Shown: positions 49,093-59,935 of the stretch, piece by piece
Layout of the letters: each line of letters starts with the position of its first letter
Position numbering within the stretch: position 1 is the stretch's first letter
NCBI GenBank assembly: GCA_963714975.1
Contig: CAVQQD010000003.1
Location: forward strand, 640,001-704,000
Source of the DNA: an uncultured Gammaproteobacteria bacterium
GTDB taxonomy: Bacteria; Pseudomonadota; Gammaproteobacteria; JAURND01
Length of the DNA stretch: 64,000 nucleotides
Direction of reading: 5' to 3'
Notes under the pieces: generated by a model
The model's input: only the letters and a program-made list of their open reading frames with translations
Told to the model about the DNA's origin: nothing
Databases searched by the model: none
Program-made: the position numbers and the translations under genes

Positions 49093-50523
49093 ATGAATAA
49101 AAAACTTTGGGGTGGGCGATTTGCTCAATCCACTAATGCGCAAGTTGAGGAATTTTTGGCTTCGATTCATTTTGATGCTGAGCTGGCGTTTGAAGATATT
49201 TCAGGTAGTCTTGCTCATGCCGCCATGTTAAATCAGTGTGGCATTCTTTCTGAGCAAGAACATAGGATTTTAACCGATGGGTTAAAGCAAATAGCGCAAA
49301 AGATCGCTGACAATGAATTCGATTTTTCGGCAGCAGATGAAGATATTCATATGAATATTGAGCGTGCCTTGAGCGAAATGATTGGGCCAGAAATTGCCGG
49401 TAAATTGCACACCGCGCGTAGCCGGAATGATCAGGTTGCCTTAGATATTCATTTATATTTACGTCGGCAATTGCTGGATATTTTTGCGTTGTTACTTAAC
49501 TTTAGACAAACATTAATTAAGCAGGCGGAACGTTATTCAGCAGTGATTTTACCCGGTTATACTCATTTACAGCGTGCCCAACCTATTCGTCTTTCCTTGC
49601 ATTTTTTAGCCTATGCCGCGATGTTTAGTCGCGATGCTGAGCGTCTCCAGCAATTATGGCCGCGGGTGAATTGCTCACCCCTGGGGGCCGCAGCGCTTGC
49701 TGGCACGCGTTGGCCGACTGAGCCCAGTTTTGTCGCGAATTATTTAGGTTTTGATGCGGTGTACAGCAATAGTTTAGATGCGGTCAGCGATCGTGATTTT
49801 GTGGTTGAATTTTTGTCGAGTGCCTCACTGATCATGTTACATTTATCCCGTCTCAGTGAAGAGTTGATTTTATGGTCTAGCCAAGAATTTAATTTCATTA
49901 GTTTTGCCGATGCGTATTCAACGGGTAGCAGCATCATGCCGCAGAAAAAAAATCCCGATGTGGCTGAACTGGTGCGAGGAAAAACTGGGCGAGTTTATGG
50001 GGCGCTCATAACTCTATTGACGGTCTTGAAGGGCTTACCCTTAGCTTATAATAAAGACTTGCAAGAAGATAAAGAACCTTTGTTTGATACGGTTGCCACG
50101 TTACGGGGTTGTCTGCGCGTTTACAGCCCGCTCCTGGATACGTTGACTATCAATGCAGATGTTATGCGTTTGGCGACAGAAGCTGGGTTTCTGAATGCGA
50201 CTGATTTGGCAGATTATCTGGCACAATCAGGCTTGTCTTTTCGTGCTGCTCATCACCTCGTCGGTCAGATGGTTGCTTATTGTGCGAGTAAAGCTTGCCG
50301 CTTAGAAGAATTGTCTTTAGCTGAAATGCAAAGTTTCGCTCCGCAAATTGGCGAGGAAGTGTATACTGTCCTGGATCTAGAAAAGATTGTTGAAGCTCAT
50401 GCGAGTGCAGGTGGGCCGAGTTTAGCTTCCATCCACGCACAAATACAAATGGCTGAGCAGCAACTTAACTTGGATCGGCAGTGGCAGTTGGAGAAGGGAT
50501 CTGAGCTCGAGGGACAGAAATGA
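49093..50523 (+). CDS. argH: Argininosuccinate lyase
   Basis: [39 protein letters not shown]; start at ATG 49093. Confidence 0.97.
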   Translation: MNKKLWGGRFAQSTNAQVEEFLASIHFDAELAFEDISGSLAHAAMLNQCGILSEQEHRILTDGLKQIAQKIADNEFDFSAADEDIHMNIERALSEMIGPEIAGKLHTARSRNDQVALDIHLYLRRQLLDIFALLLNFRQTLIKQAERYSAVILPGYTHLQRAQPIRLSLHFLAYAAMFSRDAERLQQLWPRVNCSPLGAAALAGTRWPTEPSFVANYLGFDAVYSNSLDAVSDRDFVVEFLSSASLIMLHLSRLSEELILWSSQEFNFISFADAYSTGSSIMPQKKNPDVAELVRGKTGRVYGALITLLTVLKGLPLAYNKDLQEDKEPLFDTVATLRGCLRVYSPLLDTLTINADVMRLATEAGFLNATDLADYLAQSGLSFRAAHHLVGQMVAYCASKACRLEELSLAEMQSFAPQIGEEVYTVLDLEKIVEAHASAGGPSLASIHAQIQMAEQQLNLDRQWQLEKGSELEGQK

Positions 50524-51266
50524 AAATATTAGTACCCATCAAGCGTGTTATTGATTACAGCATCAGAATCCGCATTAAAAGCGATGGCTCAGGGGTTGAG
50601 ACTTCGAATGTCAAAATGTCCATGAATCCCTTCGATGAAATTGCGTTAGAAGAAGCGGTGCGGCAACAAGAAGCAGGGATTGCGCAAGAAGTTGTGGCGG
50701 TTACGCTTGGTACTAAGGAATCCCAGGAAACTCTGCGCACTGCATTAGCGATGGGAGCTACGCGGGCTATTTTAATAGAAACAGCGTCAGCACTAGAACC
50801 CCTGCATGTCGCTAAATTATTACAAAAATTAGTTGCCCAAGAAAATCCAAACTTAATTTTAATGGGTAAACAAGCCATCGACGATGATTGCAATCAAACT
50901 GGTCAAATGCTTGCCGCCTTATTACATTGGCCCCAAGCTACTTTTGCTTCTAAATTAATCATTGAAGCGGGTAAGGCTATAGTGACACGCGAAATTGATG
51001 GGGGGTTAGAGACCATTGCGATTTGTTTACCTGGGGTAGTCACTACCGATTTACGCTTGAATCAGCCTCGTTATATATCTTTACCCAAAATTATGCAGGC
51101 CAAAAATAAGCCCCTGCAAGTGCTTCCGGCGACAGACCTAGGCGTCGATTTAACCCCTCATCTCATCACCCTCAAAACTGAACCACCCCCCGCGCGAAAG
51201 TCGGGTGTGCGTGTGGCATCCGTCGCAGAACTCATCGAAAAGTTAAAACAGGAAGGAGCCCTGTAA
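50520..51266 (+). CDS. etfB: Electron transfer flavoprotein beta subunit
   Basis: [34 protein letters not shown]. Confidence 0.96.
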   Translation: MKILVPIKRVIDYSIRIRIKSDGSGVETSNVKMSMNPFDEIALEEAVRQQEAGIAQEVVAVTLGTKESQETLRTALAMGATRAILIETASALEPLHVAKLLQKLVAQENPNLILMGKQAIDDDCNQTGQMLAALLHWPQATFASKLIIEAGKAIVTREIDGGLETIAICLPGVVTTDLRLNQPRYISLPKIMQAKNKPLQVLPATDLGVDLTPHLITLKTEPPPARKSGVRVASVAELIEKLKQEGAL

Positions 51267-51268
51267 CC

Positions 51269-52201
51269 ATGTCAGCCTTAGTCATCGTAGAACACGATAA
51301 CCAACAGTTAAAAGCAGTTACGCTACCAGTAGTCACTGCCGCAAACCAATTGGCAGCAGAAGTTTCCGCTCTGGTGATTGGTTATGACAATCAAGCGGTG
51401 GCGGAGCAGGTGGCATCCCTGCAAGGTATTAGCAAAGTCATCTTGGTGAATCATCCAAATTATCAGCATTTTCTTGCCGAGTCAGTGGCTGCTGTTATCC
51501 ATTCCCTCGCTACGTCCTATTCCCATCTCCTGGCCCCAGCGACGGCTTTTGGTAAAAATATTTTGCCACGAGTTGCTGCGTTGTTGGATGTGGCGCAAAT
51601 TTCTGATGTGTTACAGGTTATTGCCAAAGATAGCTTTGTTCGTCCCATTTATGCTGGCAATGCTCTTACGACAGTACAATCTCAGGATAAGATAAAGCTA
51701 CTGACCATTCGCACCACTGCATTCGCACCGGCTAAAAAGGCTGACAAAACTGCGCCTATCGAATTATTTGAAATTGTTGTGGACAATCGCAGCAGCACAT
51801 GGCTGAGTGCTGCAGAAAATCGTTCCGAACGTCCTGAATTAACTGCTGCTCGAGTGGTTGTAGCAGGAGGCCGGGGACTGCAAAATGCCGAAAGTTTTCA
51901 AAAATTGCTGAAGTTAGCAGAACTGCTCAACGCGGCTGTAGGTGCCTCAAGAGCCGCAGTAGATGCTGGTTTTGCCCCCAATGATTGGCAAGTTGGGCAA
52001 ACTGGAAAAATTGTCGCCCCTGAGCTCTACATCGCCATTGGTATTTCTGGGGCCATTCAACATCTGGCAGGTATGAAAGACAGCAAAATTATTGTTGCTA
52101 TCAATAAAGATCCTGACGCCCCAATCTTTCAGGTAGCAGATTACGGATTGGTCGCCGATTTCTTCACCGTATTGCCAGAATTAGAACAAGCATTACAATA
52201 A
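51269..52201 (+). CDS. etfA: Electron transfer flavoprotein alpha subunit
   Basis: [37 protein letters not shown]. Confidence 0.96.
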   Translation: MSALVIVEHDNQQLKAVTLPVVTAANQLAAEVSALVIGYDNQAVAEQVASLQGISKVILVNHPNYQHFLAESVAAVIHSLATSYSHLLAPATAFGKNILPRVAALLDVAQISDVLQVIAKDSFVRPIYAGNALTTVQSQDKIKLLTIRTTAFAPAKKADKTAPIELFEIVVDNRSSTWLSAAENRSERPELTAARVVVAGGRGLQNAESFQKLLKLAELLNAAVGASRAAVDAGFAPNDWQVGQTGKIVAPELYIAIGISGAIQHLAGMKDSKIIVAINKDPDAPIFQVADYGLVADFFTVLPELEQALQ

Positions 52202-52302
52202 ATCCCCTCTCCCCCAACCGTTTTTGTTGGTGGGGAGAGGGGGTGCTAGATTTGGCCCACCCCTCATCCGCCTGCGGCACCTTCTCCCACAGGGGGAGAA
52301 GG
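52201..52302. repeat. Two family A elements between convergent genes
   Basis: CCCCTCTCCCC..GGGGAGAGGGG and CCCCTCATCCGCCTGCGGCACCTTCTCCCACAGGGGGAGAAGG. Confidence 0.85.
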
Positions 52303-52317
52303 AATAAGGCCGAGGAT

Positions 52318-53484
52318 TTAGGTAGACAAATTTAGCCAATTCTTACGGAGTATCATTCCAAGAACTAATAACGCCAGGGTCAAAAACACAAACATCACAA
52401 TGCCGATGAAGAAAAATTCTCCGTTGTAAAAATAGCTCACCCATTGCAGGCACAAGGCTGAAACAATTAAGCGACTCCCGGCGATGAGCGCAATAATTCT
52501 TCCTTTAGCAGCAGGCAATAGCTGCAAAGTTTGTGGATAAAGCATAGTAAACGGAAATAACACTCCCGCTACTAAAATTACTATACTTCCCGTTATCAGT
52601 AACGGGTCTCGGACGTTTAAAATTGTCAGCAGTAAAATAAAAAAATTGCCCAGAATACATAAAATAATGCCGGTAACTAGGCAACGCCTGTGTCCTATAA
52701 CTTTTAAAAGTAGCGGGGCTAACAAACTGGTGATGCCAAACACTCCGGCAATAGCGCCTTGATAATAGCCAAAATGCTCAAGTGGAACGCCCAAGGATTC
52801 CATATAAAAGATTGGCGACATGCCAATAAATACCCAAAAAGGAATGACCAAGCAGCAAATACAAGCTCCAAATGCCAGCAGCTGAGGATATTTGAATAAA
52901 GGTAAATAAGTTCGTGGTGACAAAGATAAACTTGCATCGCCTTTAGAGTGAGGAATGCTTAAATAGCAGGTTACTAAGCAGATCACAGCGAGAATCAATA
53001 AAAGCACGAAATTGCCGCGCCAACCAAAATAGAGCGTTATATAACTACCCACCATGGGTGCGAAAGCCATAGCCATGGTCGAGAAGCCATTTAATACTGC
53101 CAACAGGGTAACTTGCTTGTGCAATGGATAAGTCTCTGCAATCACCGCATAGGCTAAAACCATGGGGCCAGCCATGCCGACTCCTTGAAAAAAACGACCT
53201 AGTATCAGCAGGGGAAAGTTAAGTGCGCCTGCGCAAAAAATACTGCCAATGAGAAATATCCACAGGCTGTAAATAATCACGTGACGTCGATTATATTTAT
53301 CACCCAGGGGACCCGTGAATAAGCAACAGATACAATAGGCAATGAAATTGATGCTGATCGTTAACTGAACTAAGAAAGGTGTCAGGTGAAAAATTTCTTG
53401 TAGCTGAGGAAAACTCGGGATAAATAAATCTAGTTCGGCTCCCGATAAGATGAACAGCGCCACAGTGGTAAAAATTAGCAGCAT
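52318..53484 (-). CDS. MFS transporter, Bcr/CflA-like
   Basis: DLFIPSFP, GPLGDKYNRR, GRFFQG, FGWR. Confidence 0.88.
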   Translation of the reverse strand: MLLIFTTVALFILSGAELDLFIPSFPQLQEIFHLTPFLVQLTISINFIAYCICCLFTGPLGDKYNRRHVIIYSLWIFLIGSIFCAGALNFPLLILGRFFQGVGMAGPMVLAYAVIAETYPLHKQVTLLAVLNGFSTMAMAFAPMVGSYITLYFGWRGNFVLLLILAVICLVTCYLSIPHSKGDASLSLSPRTYLPLFKYPQLLAFGACICCLVIPFWVFIGMSPIFYMESLGVPLEHFGYYQGAIAGVFGITSLLAPLLLKVIGHRRCLVTGIILCILGNFFILLLTILNVRDPLLITGSIVILVAGVLFPFTMLYPQTLQLLPAAKGRIIALIAGSRLIVSALCLQWVSYFYNGEFFFIGIVMFVFLTLALLVLGMILRKNWLNLST

Positions 53485-53487
53485 AAG

Positions 53488-55092
53488 TTAAGTTCGTTTC
53501 AAATAATCTTGGCCATATTGTGCCAAATATTCATGGTAGTTCCCAAGATAATTTTGGGCGCCTTGTTCTGATAAAGCTAAAATGCGTGTGGCCATTTTAT
53601 CAATGAAATAGCGATTGTGGCTCACAATTAAAATGGCGCCTGGAAAACGCTGGAGAGCTTCGGTTAATGCATCAATGGATTCTAAGTCCAAATGGTTGGT
53701 GGGCTCGTCTAAAACTAAAGTATTGTGCTGTTCTAAAATTAATTTGGCGAGCACGAGTCGTGCTGATTCGCCACCGCTAAGTAAGCCAATTTTTTTTTCG
53801 ACATCTTGACCACGAAATAATACCTGACCTAATACATTGCGGATTTTTTGTGCAGGAATAGGTAATTTAGCTTCTAACCATGCTAAAACGGTTTCTGCTG
53901 GGGGTAATTGTTCGCGGAAATCTTGGGCAAAATAGCCAATTTTAATGGTTTCTCCCCATTGATATTGTCCTTGATCTGCGGTTAGTTGGCCCAGCAGAAT
54001 TTTTAACAAAGTCGACTTGCCGATACCATTTGGCCCAATGATGGCACATTTATCTGCCCGAGTTAAACTAAATGAAATGTTGTGTAGTAAAGGCTGTTGG
54101 TCAAATTGTTTGGAGATATTTTTTGCCGTAAGTACGGATTTTCCTGAAGGTTTATCAGGCATGAAATTAAAATAAGGTTTGACCATTGAGGAATCTTTAA
54201 TTTCAGGAAGCTCAATGCGTTCGAGCATTTTTTGTCGTGACATTGCCTGCCGAGAGCGAGTAGCGCTAGCTTTAAAGCGATCGACAAATTTTTGCATTGT
54301 AGCAATTTGCATGGTTTTGTGATCGTATTCACTTTGCTTTTGTCTTTGAGTTTGCTCTTTAGCTAGCTCAAATTGCTCATAATTTCCAACATAGGCAGTA
54401 ATGGCGCCAAAATCGATATCTAGAATCATCGTCGCCAAATTATTTAAGAATTCACGGTCGTGGGATATAAAAACCAATAATCCTTTAAATTGAGTTTTCA
54501 GAAAGGTTTCTAACCAGGCGATGGTAATGATATCAAGGTGATTAGTCGGTTCATCCAGCAACATAATATCAGGTTGTTGGAATAGCACTTGGGCCAGTAA
54601 GGTGCGTAATTTATAGCCACCCGATAAAGCACTGAGGGGACCATAGTGGTATTTGGGCAAAATTCCCAAGCCGGTTAACAACTCTTCTGCGCGTGCCGGA
54701 GCATCATAGCCTTCGTGGTGCAAAATAATTTCTTCTAAGCTCCCTAATCGATAGCCCTCGGTTTCGCTCAAATTTGTTTTTTGTAACAACATTTCTTTTT
54801 CTTGTAGGGCAGACCACAGTTGAGCATTACCTTTGATCACGGCATCCACCACACGATCGTTCTCATAGCGAAAATGATCTTGTTTTAAAATGCCAATGCT
54901 AACATTATTGGGCTTTTCAATGCTGCCGGTCGAAGGACTTTCTTCTGCTGCTAATAAGCGCAACAGCGAAGATTTGCCCGCGCCATTAGCTCCCACCACT
55001 CCATAGCGTTTGTTTGGTAAAAGAACGAGGTCGACGTCTTTAAATAAGGTCCTGGGGCCATGCGCCAGGCCTAAAGAACTGAGGGAAAGCAT
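53488..55092 (-). CDS. ABC-F family ATPase (YbiT-like)
   Basis: Two ABC domains (GANGAGKS, LSGG, DEPTNHLD twice), no TM segments. Confidence 0.93.
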   Translation of the reverse strand: MLSLSSLGLAHGPRTLFKDVDLVLLPNKRYGVVGANGAGKSSLLRLLAAEESPSTGSIEKPNNVSIGILKQDHFRYENDRVVDAVIKGNAQLWSALQEKEMLLQKTNLSETEGYRLGSLEEIILHHEGYDAPARAEELLTGLGILPKYHYGPLSALSGGYKLRTLLAQVLFQQPDIMLLDEPTNHLDIITIAWLETFLKTQFKGLLVFISHDREFLNNLATMILDIDFGAITAYVGNYEQFELAKEQTQRQKQSEYDHKTMQIATMQKFVDRFKASATRSRQAMSRQKMLERIELPEIKDSSMVKPYFNFMPDKPSGKSVLTAKNISKQFDQQPLLHNISFSLTRADKCAIIGPNGIGKSTLLKILLGQLTADQGQYQWGETIKIGYFAQDFREQLPPAETVLAWLEAKLPIPAQKIRNVLGQVLFRGQDVEKKIGLLSGGESARLVLAKLILEQHNTLVLDEPTNHLDLESIDALTEALQRFPGAILIVSHNRYFIDKMATRILALSEQGAQNYLGNYHEYLAQYGQDYLKRT

Positions 55093-55159
55093 GGTATTGA
55101 TCTCTAAAAATGGGCGTTTACAATATCTGGTTTGCGTTGATTTGTAAAGCGGGTGAAAT

Positions 55160-55185
55160 TCCCTTCTCCCCTAGGGGAGAAGGGA
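55160..55185. repeat. Family A perfect palindrome
   Basis: TCCCTTCTCCCCTAGGGGAGAAGGGA. Confidence 0.85.
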
Positions 55186-55200
55186 TGAAAAGACGTTAGA

Positions 55201-55752
55201 CTAGCTCTTTAAACTTTTTTGTACTTCTTTTGCCATTTTTAAATGCTGAGTGACAGCGTTTTTAGTAGCACTTAAATATTTAATTAGCTCTGGGTTAGAA
55301 GCATTGGGTAAAAGTTTTTCGTCAATAATTTTTAACACTTTACTGTGGCCTTTAACCATTGCGGTAATATAGGCGTTATCAAAATTATTGCCTCGTTTGC
55401 TAGCCAAATCTTTCATTTCCGCGTTACCAAGTTTTTTTAGGACCTCAATTTTTTCTGAAGAAATTGGGGTAATGTGGGTTTTTTTGCTAAATGCTTCTAT
55501 TGCTTGTAAGTTTTTGCTGTGGTCTCTGATCATAGTCTCGGCAAAATTCTTAACTTGAGGATTCGCAGATTTTTGTGCAGCTTCCCTCCCTAGGTTAATT
55601 TCATTTTGATTGATGACAATCATGGTCTCTAAAATTTTGCCAGCTTTTTGATTCATGGTAGGGTCGACATGACCATGGGTGGCAGCCACGGCTAAAAAAG
55701 CAAAAAAAGATAAAATTATCGCAAAAAACATCAAAAAAATGTTTTCCTTCAT
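55201..55752 (-). CDS. DUF4142 secreted protein
   Basis: Signal peptide, NEINLG..A, VKNFAETMIRDH, FDNAYI..MVKGH, HLKMA; RBS AGGAG. Confidence 0.85.
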   Translation of the reverse strand: MKENIFLMFFAIILSFFAFLAVAATHGHVDPTMNQKAGKILETMIVINQNEINLGREAAQKSANPQVKNFAETMIRDHSKNLQAIEAFSKKTHITPISSEKIEVLKKLGNAEMKDLASKRGNNFDNAYITAMVKGHSKVLKIIDEKLLPNASNPELIKYLSATKNAVTQHLKMAKEVQKSLKS

Positions 55753-55868
55753 GGGTGTCTCCTTGGGTGTATTTAAAGTGGCTAATATAGGATAGGACAT
55801 AATAGCGTTTTTTCCACGCTAGGCTTGGCATTTTCTGAATTAGTTGCTTATAATCCGGCACGGTCGAA

Positions 55869-58800
55869 ATGTTCAATAAAATAAAAAGAAATGAGGTAAC
55901 GAAAATGCAAGAATCAAATTCGTCTCCAGCAAACCTGGAAAATGAGGTAAAACAAATGCAACAAAAAGATAAAGTCAAAATAAAAAAACAGGGGGTTGCG
56001 GAACCTAAGAATGGCCTGCAGCTTCTTAAAAAGCAAATGCTGGATTTGCAAAAAGAGCTTATAGAAAACCCCGTTGGAAAAGAGGAAAAGAAAGTATCTA
56101 ATTACCTGGAAAGATTGAATTCTATAAAGAATGAAGCTACTCTTTTAATAAATTCTGAAGATTGCAATTTATTTTTTAAACTCCATTGTGAGATTTTTCC
56201 GCATTTATTGAATAAAAATGCAGCACAAAAAACTATCGAAAAGCACTTCGAATCGATGCGAAAAACTTTTGCTAACTGCGTGCGGAAAGCTGATAATTTA
56301 TTTATATTAAAAGGATATTTGTGGGATTTATTATCCTTCCCGTGCTTTTCTGAGAAGAAATATCAAAAATTTTTTGCGGAAACTTATAAGGATATGTTGT
56401 CGCAATACCATAGTCGATTTGCAGAAAAAAATGTGGAGCCTTGCACATTTTATGAAATGGATGGCAAGCCTCTTCAATATGTGATACCTAGTATGGAAGA
56501 AAATTTCAGTGTGATTAGTTTTTTTCATCAAACTATAATTTTCTATCCACGGAAATTTACCAGAATTGGAGAGAATCATCTTAAAGCATTGAAAGATCAC
56601 GTTAGTTCCGGGGATAGTAGCTATTTTCTATCTTCTAATGATAAAAATGAAAATGAAGAAGCCATAGAAAAATTAGTTCAAGATTGCTTTTTTGAGATGT
56701 ATTTGAAAAAAGGAAATCAAGAATTACAAGCTCATCTTACTTTGGCAATTAACTCTGCTGAGGAATTGCAGAAAAAAATTTCTATTGCGGAAAAACCACA
56801 ATATGTCCTTGTTCCAATTTTGATTAGAGTTTGGCAGGCTGGAGCCAGTTTTGTAAATAAAAATTTTGAATTGAGCAAGAAGCAATATGCTGCAGCCAAA
56901 CAGGCTATTAAAGCTGCAAAATTACGGAAGTTGGATAAAGATATATTGGCTGTATTAAAGGATTGCTCAGCAGTAATAAATTTAAATTTAGATAGTTGTC
57001 AATTCTACCTAGATCGAGAAGTCCGATTGTCAGAACAAAAATTGCAAAAAGCGCAGGTAGGAATAGATGAGTGGACTCAAGGTTTGATATCTCCACGCAA
57101 TCTGGAAAAGTCTAATAATTGCCGAAAAAAGAAAGTTAGGAAATATGCTCAAAGACCCGAATCTCCTCTGAGTTTATCTCAAGAAACTGCCGACGAAAGA
57201 CAGGTAAACATGGCAGAACAAGCAGAACAAAAAAAATCAGCGCGATCTCATCCCAAAAAGCAGGACATTGCAAATCTCAAAAATGCCAAATCTCAATGTC
57301 AAAGTGAGATGTTTGCTTTGTTGGGGGTATTAAAAACCTATAAAGGAGAGGAAGAGAAATCTTCTACGAATTATAAATCAAGATTTGATCTTGTAAAAAA
57401 GCAAGCCAAATTAGTAGAGGATGAAAATTGTGATGTATTTTTTGGGTTGCATACCGGCATATTGAGGTATCTAATCGACATAAAATCTTCGAAAAAGGAT
57501 ATTGTAGAGGTTTTATCTTCTCTGCAAGAGACTTTTAAAAAATATTTAAAACACCTTGATCTATTTGTATTGAAAGGAGCTTTATATGATTTATGGCGTT
57601 ACCATTTGCTTTCTGAGAAAGACTATGGAAATATTTTTGCTGATGCTTATCATAAAATGTTACCTCTTTATCATGAAACATGTACAAAATTAGGAACTGA
57701 ACCTTGCACGTTTTTTTGCTTTCAAGGATTTATAATAACAAATCCATCACAACAATACCCGAGCATGGCTGTTTTTGCTTCGGATCATGCATTTAACTAC
57801 CCGGCAACCTTAAAAAACGATGAAAAAGAAAAATTTAAACAAACAAATGATCAGATTATCAAAGGGGAAATTAGTTATTTTCTCTCGTCTAAAGTTCCCG
57901 AAGAAAAATCAATGGAACAATTGTTACAATGTTGTTTCTTGGATATGTTCACAGTGGAAAAAGAAGTATTCCAAAGTAATTTAACCCTTGCAATCGAGTT
58001 GACTGAAAAATCTCAAAAACGATCTGGGAAAAATGAATATCTAATAATTCCTCTCGTGATTAGAATGTGGCAAGCGGGAGCTAGTTTTGTAGCTAAGGAT
58101 TTTGAAAAAAGTTTACAGCAATATATTGAAGTTGAAAAAGCTTGTCAGAAGGCACGCTCAGGCTTAGGTAATAAAGTAGATGAATGGTTACCGCTCATAA
58201 AATTGAACATAGATAGTTGTAAGTTCTATCTAGGTTTGGCAGAAAGTAAATTAAAAAAGCAAGAAATAACAAAAAATACCTGGACCGACAATTTGATATA
58301 TACACCAAAAAAGACTCAGTCCTCCAAAAAAACTAAGACTCAGCAATCTACTACGAAGCTCGAACCAATCACTGACGATCTTGGTCGACCTCAGAGTGAA
58401 AGCGTTTCAATTCAATCAGAGCAGAAAAATAAGCAGACAAAACCAGGAGAAAAGCACACGAGTCAGAAAAAATCTTCTGCTTTTAGGTCCTTCACCACAA
58501 GCTCTGCTGGACGAATGCCTCATTTACCTGGGGAGCAAAAGGAAAACAACCAGTCCAGGATAGTTCACCCTCCTCAGCCTCCAAAAATAATCATCCCTAA
58601 ACCAAACTCTCAGCGCCACTATGGAGAAAATGGCAACAAAGGAGAAAATGACAACGAGCACAAACAGAAGGCTTTGGGGCATCCACCTTATTCAAGTAAC
58701 AATAGGAATAGTTCCCTCAGATTTTTTGGAAATAGCAATTCACCCAGCGCTCGGCCAAACTCCAAGCACTACCAAGGCGAAAATGGCAACAAACACAATC

Positions 58801-59825
58801 AGCGGCGGTTGAGGTATCCATCTTATTCAGGTAACAGGCAACAGCAGTACACTTCGAACTCTCAATCTTATCCATACAATCGCCAACCAAGCCAAAACCA
58901 ATTGCGGCGTCCTTCGAATCGGGAAGAGTCCGAAAGTACCAATCCCTCTGCCATAAGCACTACTACACCTACTAGACAAATGCAATTGCCTTCTGGATCG
59001 GATTGGAATAGACCGCCCAGTTTTTTGGGCAAGAGCACTTCACCCAGCGCTCTGCCAAACGCACGACCATCAGAAACAAATTCTCAACTGAGAAAACTTC
59101 AAGTTTTTGATCAGAACATACCGACGCAGCAAAGTGCATTTGCACCACCTCTAACCAATCTAACAGTTCCTACTAATCAAACTGTTCAGGATCCTGAGTC
59201 TCCTAAAAACATACGGCAAATATCTGAAGCGAAACAGAAGGTACAGCCTCCATTAACGAATTCCTCTACCAATGAGCTTGCAACGCCAAATTATCTGAAT
59301 ACTTCTAACCTCACGGAGTCAGCGTCATTGGCACCACCGCCACAAGAGCAAGATCAAGAAGAAGCTCAATCAATGCTAAGAAATACAAGCTATCCAAGTT
59401 TAGTATTGTCTAATGAAGATGGAGATCAAGAAGATGGTGGGTGCGGAGATGGGGATGAGAACGAGAATGGGGAAATTAAACAGGGAGAGTTTCAGTATAG
59501 GCAGCCGCCCCAGGAATTTATATCCAGAGGGTCAGCTGCTCCTGTTTTTCTTGTCGCTGTCCCTGCCTATATAAATCGTGGACGAGTTTTGTGGTCGCTT
59601 CAATCTCTTCCCGGGCAAGTAATTGTACACCAACCAAATCCTTTGCATCGGTCTCATCCCGGGCAAGTAACTGTATACCAAGAAAATTCTTCGCAGACTT
59701 TTTTCTATCATTCTCCTGAGTCAGGTGAGTATTACCCTGATGCAACTCCTGAGCCAGATGGGTATTACCCTGATACAACTGCGGACAGCAATAATTATAA
59801 TTCACCGACAAATGGTTCTTATTAG
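55869..59825 (+). CDS. Large hypothetical protein: duplicated helical domain plus low-complexity tail; candidate effector
   Basis: 1318-aa ORF; IR(V/M)WQAGASFV occurs twice, 412 codons apart; start may be 55905 or later. Confidence 0.8.
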   Translation: MFNKIKRNEVTKMQESNSSPANLENEVKQMQQKDKVKIKKQGVAEPKNGLQLLKKQMLDLQKELIENPVGKEEKKVSNYLERLNSIKNEATLLINSEDCNLFFKLHCEIFPHLLNKNAAQKTIEKHFESMRKTFANCVRKADNLFILKGYLWDLLSFPCFSEKKYQKFFAETYKDMLSQYHSRFAEKNVEPCTFYEMDGKPLQYVIPSMEENFSVISFFHQTIIFYPRKFTRIGENHLKALKDHVSSGDSSYFLSSNDKNENEEAIEKLVQDCFFEMYLKKGNQELQAHLTLAINSAEELQKKISIAEKPQYVLVPILIRVWQAGASFVNKNFELSKKQYAAAKQAIKAAKLRKLDKDILAVLKDCSAVINLNLDSCQFYLDREVRLSEQKLQKAQVGIDEWTQGLISPRNLEKSNNCRKKKVRKYAQRPESPLSLSQETADERQVNMAEQAEQKKSARSHPKKQDIANLKNAKSQCQSEMFALLGVLKTYKGEEEKSSTNYKSRFDLVKKQAKLVEDENCDVFFGLHTGILRYLIDIKSSKKDIVEVLSSLQETFKKYLKHLDLFVLKGALYDLWRYHLLSEKDYGNIFADAYHKMLPLYHETCTKLGTEPCTFFCFQGFIITNPSQQYPSMAVFASDHAFNYPATLKNDEKEKFKQTNDQIIKGEISYFLSSKVPEEKSMEQLLQCCFLDMFTVEKEVFQSNLTLAIELTEKSQKRSGKNEYLIIPLVIRMWQAGASFVAKDFEKSLQQYIEVEKACQKARSGLGNKVDEWLPLIKLNIDSCKFYLGLAESKLKKQEITKNTWTDNLIYTPKKTQSSKKTKTQQSTTKLEPITDDLGRPQSESVSIQSEQKNKQTKPGEKHTSQKKSSAFRSFTTSSAGRMPHLPGEQKENNQSRIVHPPQPPKIIIPKPNSQRHYGENGNKGENDNEHKQKALGHPPYSSNNRNSSLRFFGNSNSPSARPNSKHYQGENGNKHNQRRLRYPSYSGNRQQQYTSNSQSYPYNRQPSQNQLRRPSNREESESTNPSAISTTTPTRQMQLPSGSDWNRPPSFLGKSTSPSALPNARPSETNSQLRKLQVFDQNIPTQQSAFAPPLTNLTVPTNQTVQDPESPKNIRQISEAKQKVQPPLTNSSTNELATPNYLNTSNLTESASLAPPPQEQDQEEAQSMLRNTSYPSLVLSNEDGDQEDGGCGDGDENENGEIKQGEFQYRQPPQEFISRGSAAPVFLVAVPAYINRGRVLWSLQSLPGQVIVHQPNPLHRSHPGQVTVYQENSSQTFFYHSPESGEYYPDATPEPDGYYPDTTADSNNYNSPTNGSY

Positions 59826-59877
59826 TAATCCTCGCTCTATTGTTCTGACCTGGTCCTGGCGAGAAACTTCGCTCCTT

Positions 59878-59912
59878 CCTTCGAGGCGCTTCGCTTCCTC
59901 AGGACAAATGGT
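59878..59912 (-). repeat. REP-like palindrome with GCGAAGC loop
   Basis: Reverse complement ACCATTTGTCCTGAGGAAGCGAAGCGCCTCGAAGG, between convergent genes. Confidence 0.55.
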
Positions 59913-59935
59913 TAGAGGTCGTGACGCAATCTGCG

